From Vitrella brassicaformis CCMP3155 (taxonomy: Eukaryota > Protista > Chromerida): a stretch of DNA of 64,000 nt. The position numbers and the translations under genes are program-made. Under the pieces are notes generated by a model. That model was not told the origin of the DNA. It did no database searches and was given only the letters and a program-made list of their open reading frames with translations. Positions 63,059 through 64,000 of this stretch are shown one piece after another; position 1 is the first letter of the stretch, and every line of letters starts with the position of its first letter. The stretch covers positions 1 to 64,000 of the forward strand of contig CDMY01000284.1 of the NCBI GenBank assembly GCA_001179505.1, given 5' to 3'.

Positions 63059-64000
63059 TCAGGCATTGACAAATCTCTGGAACTTGAACCGAACCGACAC
63101 GCGCGTCTCACTCACGTCATACCGATCTGCAGTGCACAACACAACACAACACATCAAACAAGCAACATATATAACCACGAGACACACTCCACACACTATG
63201 TACTGGCCGCTCGAGCTGACCTGCCGGCTGAACGGTCCACATGGTGGGGAATCCTTTTGCGTCGCTTTCCTCACACTGGGGCATCAGGTCACTCGCATCG
63301 TTGAAGTGGTCGGCCAGCGTGTCTTTGGCCTCGTCGGGCCAGCTATCGATCGGCAGCAGGGCCAGCAGGGGCACCTGGAACCACGCCAGCTTGTTGTTGG
63401 CCCGTAGGACATTGTGATCGATCACCTGCACTCAGCCATCCATCCATCCATCCAGTTTGGGCAGACAGACATGTGTGTCATGTGTGTGGCAGTGCAGTGG
63501 TCGTGGCGTTCGTCCCGTCACCTCTGCGAATATGATATCGTTAGCGCCATCGGTGATGTGAAACTCGAATACCTCGTCCCACTCGGGACTGTCACTGCTG
63601 GCGATCTTCTGCACACAAGAGGACACATGGGACAGCACATGCATGAGCCCCTTTCCTCTGCCCCTCCGCCCCGCCCCGCACCCTGGTCTTCTTGACGTGT
63701 GACTTGGGTGCCCTCTTGATGATGCTCTGGGCAGAGTAGAACCACCCCCGATATGGACCAACATTGCCGTCCGACGGCCGCTGCTGCTCCGCCATGAGCC
63801 CCGTGGCGTGCGGCAGCTTGGCGAGCTCGATCTTCCCGAGAGTGAGCTTCACGTAGGGGTCGAACTTGCGGTCGTTGTCATCGTATGGGATGTTGGTGGC
63901 GTTGCGGACCTCCACAGTGAGCAGGCCGTCCATCTTGTTCTGGATGGACTTCTGCATCGACACTGTCCGGCTCATACTCACGGGAGACGCAAAGTCCGAC
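63059..64000 (-). CDS. C2-domain-containing protein, 5' part beyond the window end
   Basis: GLLTVEVRNATNIPYDDNDRKFDPYVKLTL...SPEWDEVFEFHITDGANDIIFAEV. The frame stays open to position 64000. Confidence 0.75.

Overview
Intron-dense, GC-rich eukaryotic genomic DNA from a flagellated photosynthetic protist with a complex plastid. Short introns, CA/GACA microsatellites and ASAF-type bipartite plastid leaders suggest a chromerid alveolate such as Vitrella brassicaformis; this is inference. From left to right: a P2X-receptor-like channel gene (-); a defective, gap-ridden Ty1/copia LTR retrotransposon (3769-13477); a probable mitochondrial hypothetical gene; a tandem array of about six diverged copies of an unrecognised small gene (16.4-20.4 kb); a multi-exon hypothetical gene; NAA40; a katanin-p60-family ATPase with an unusual N-terminal beta-rich domain, head-to-head with a roughly 59-intron outer-arm dynein gamma-type heavy chain; a glutaredoxin-DUF547 fusion; a Tudor-like/SAM-like protein; a C2orf69 homologue; a small 2-TM protein; a Tim44/MAIP1-like mitochondrial protein; zeaxanthin epoxidase; and a C2-domain gene running off the right end. 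No rRNA, tRNA or CRISPR features were seen. Gene models were spliced by eye and no database searches were run.
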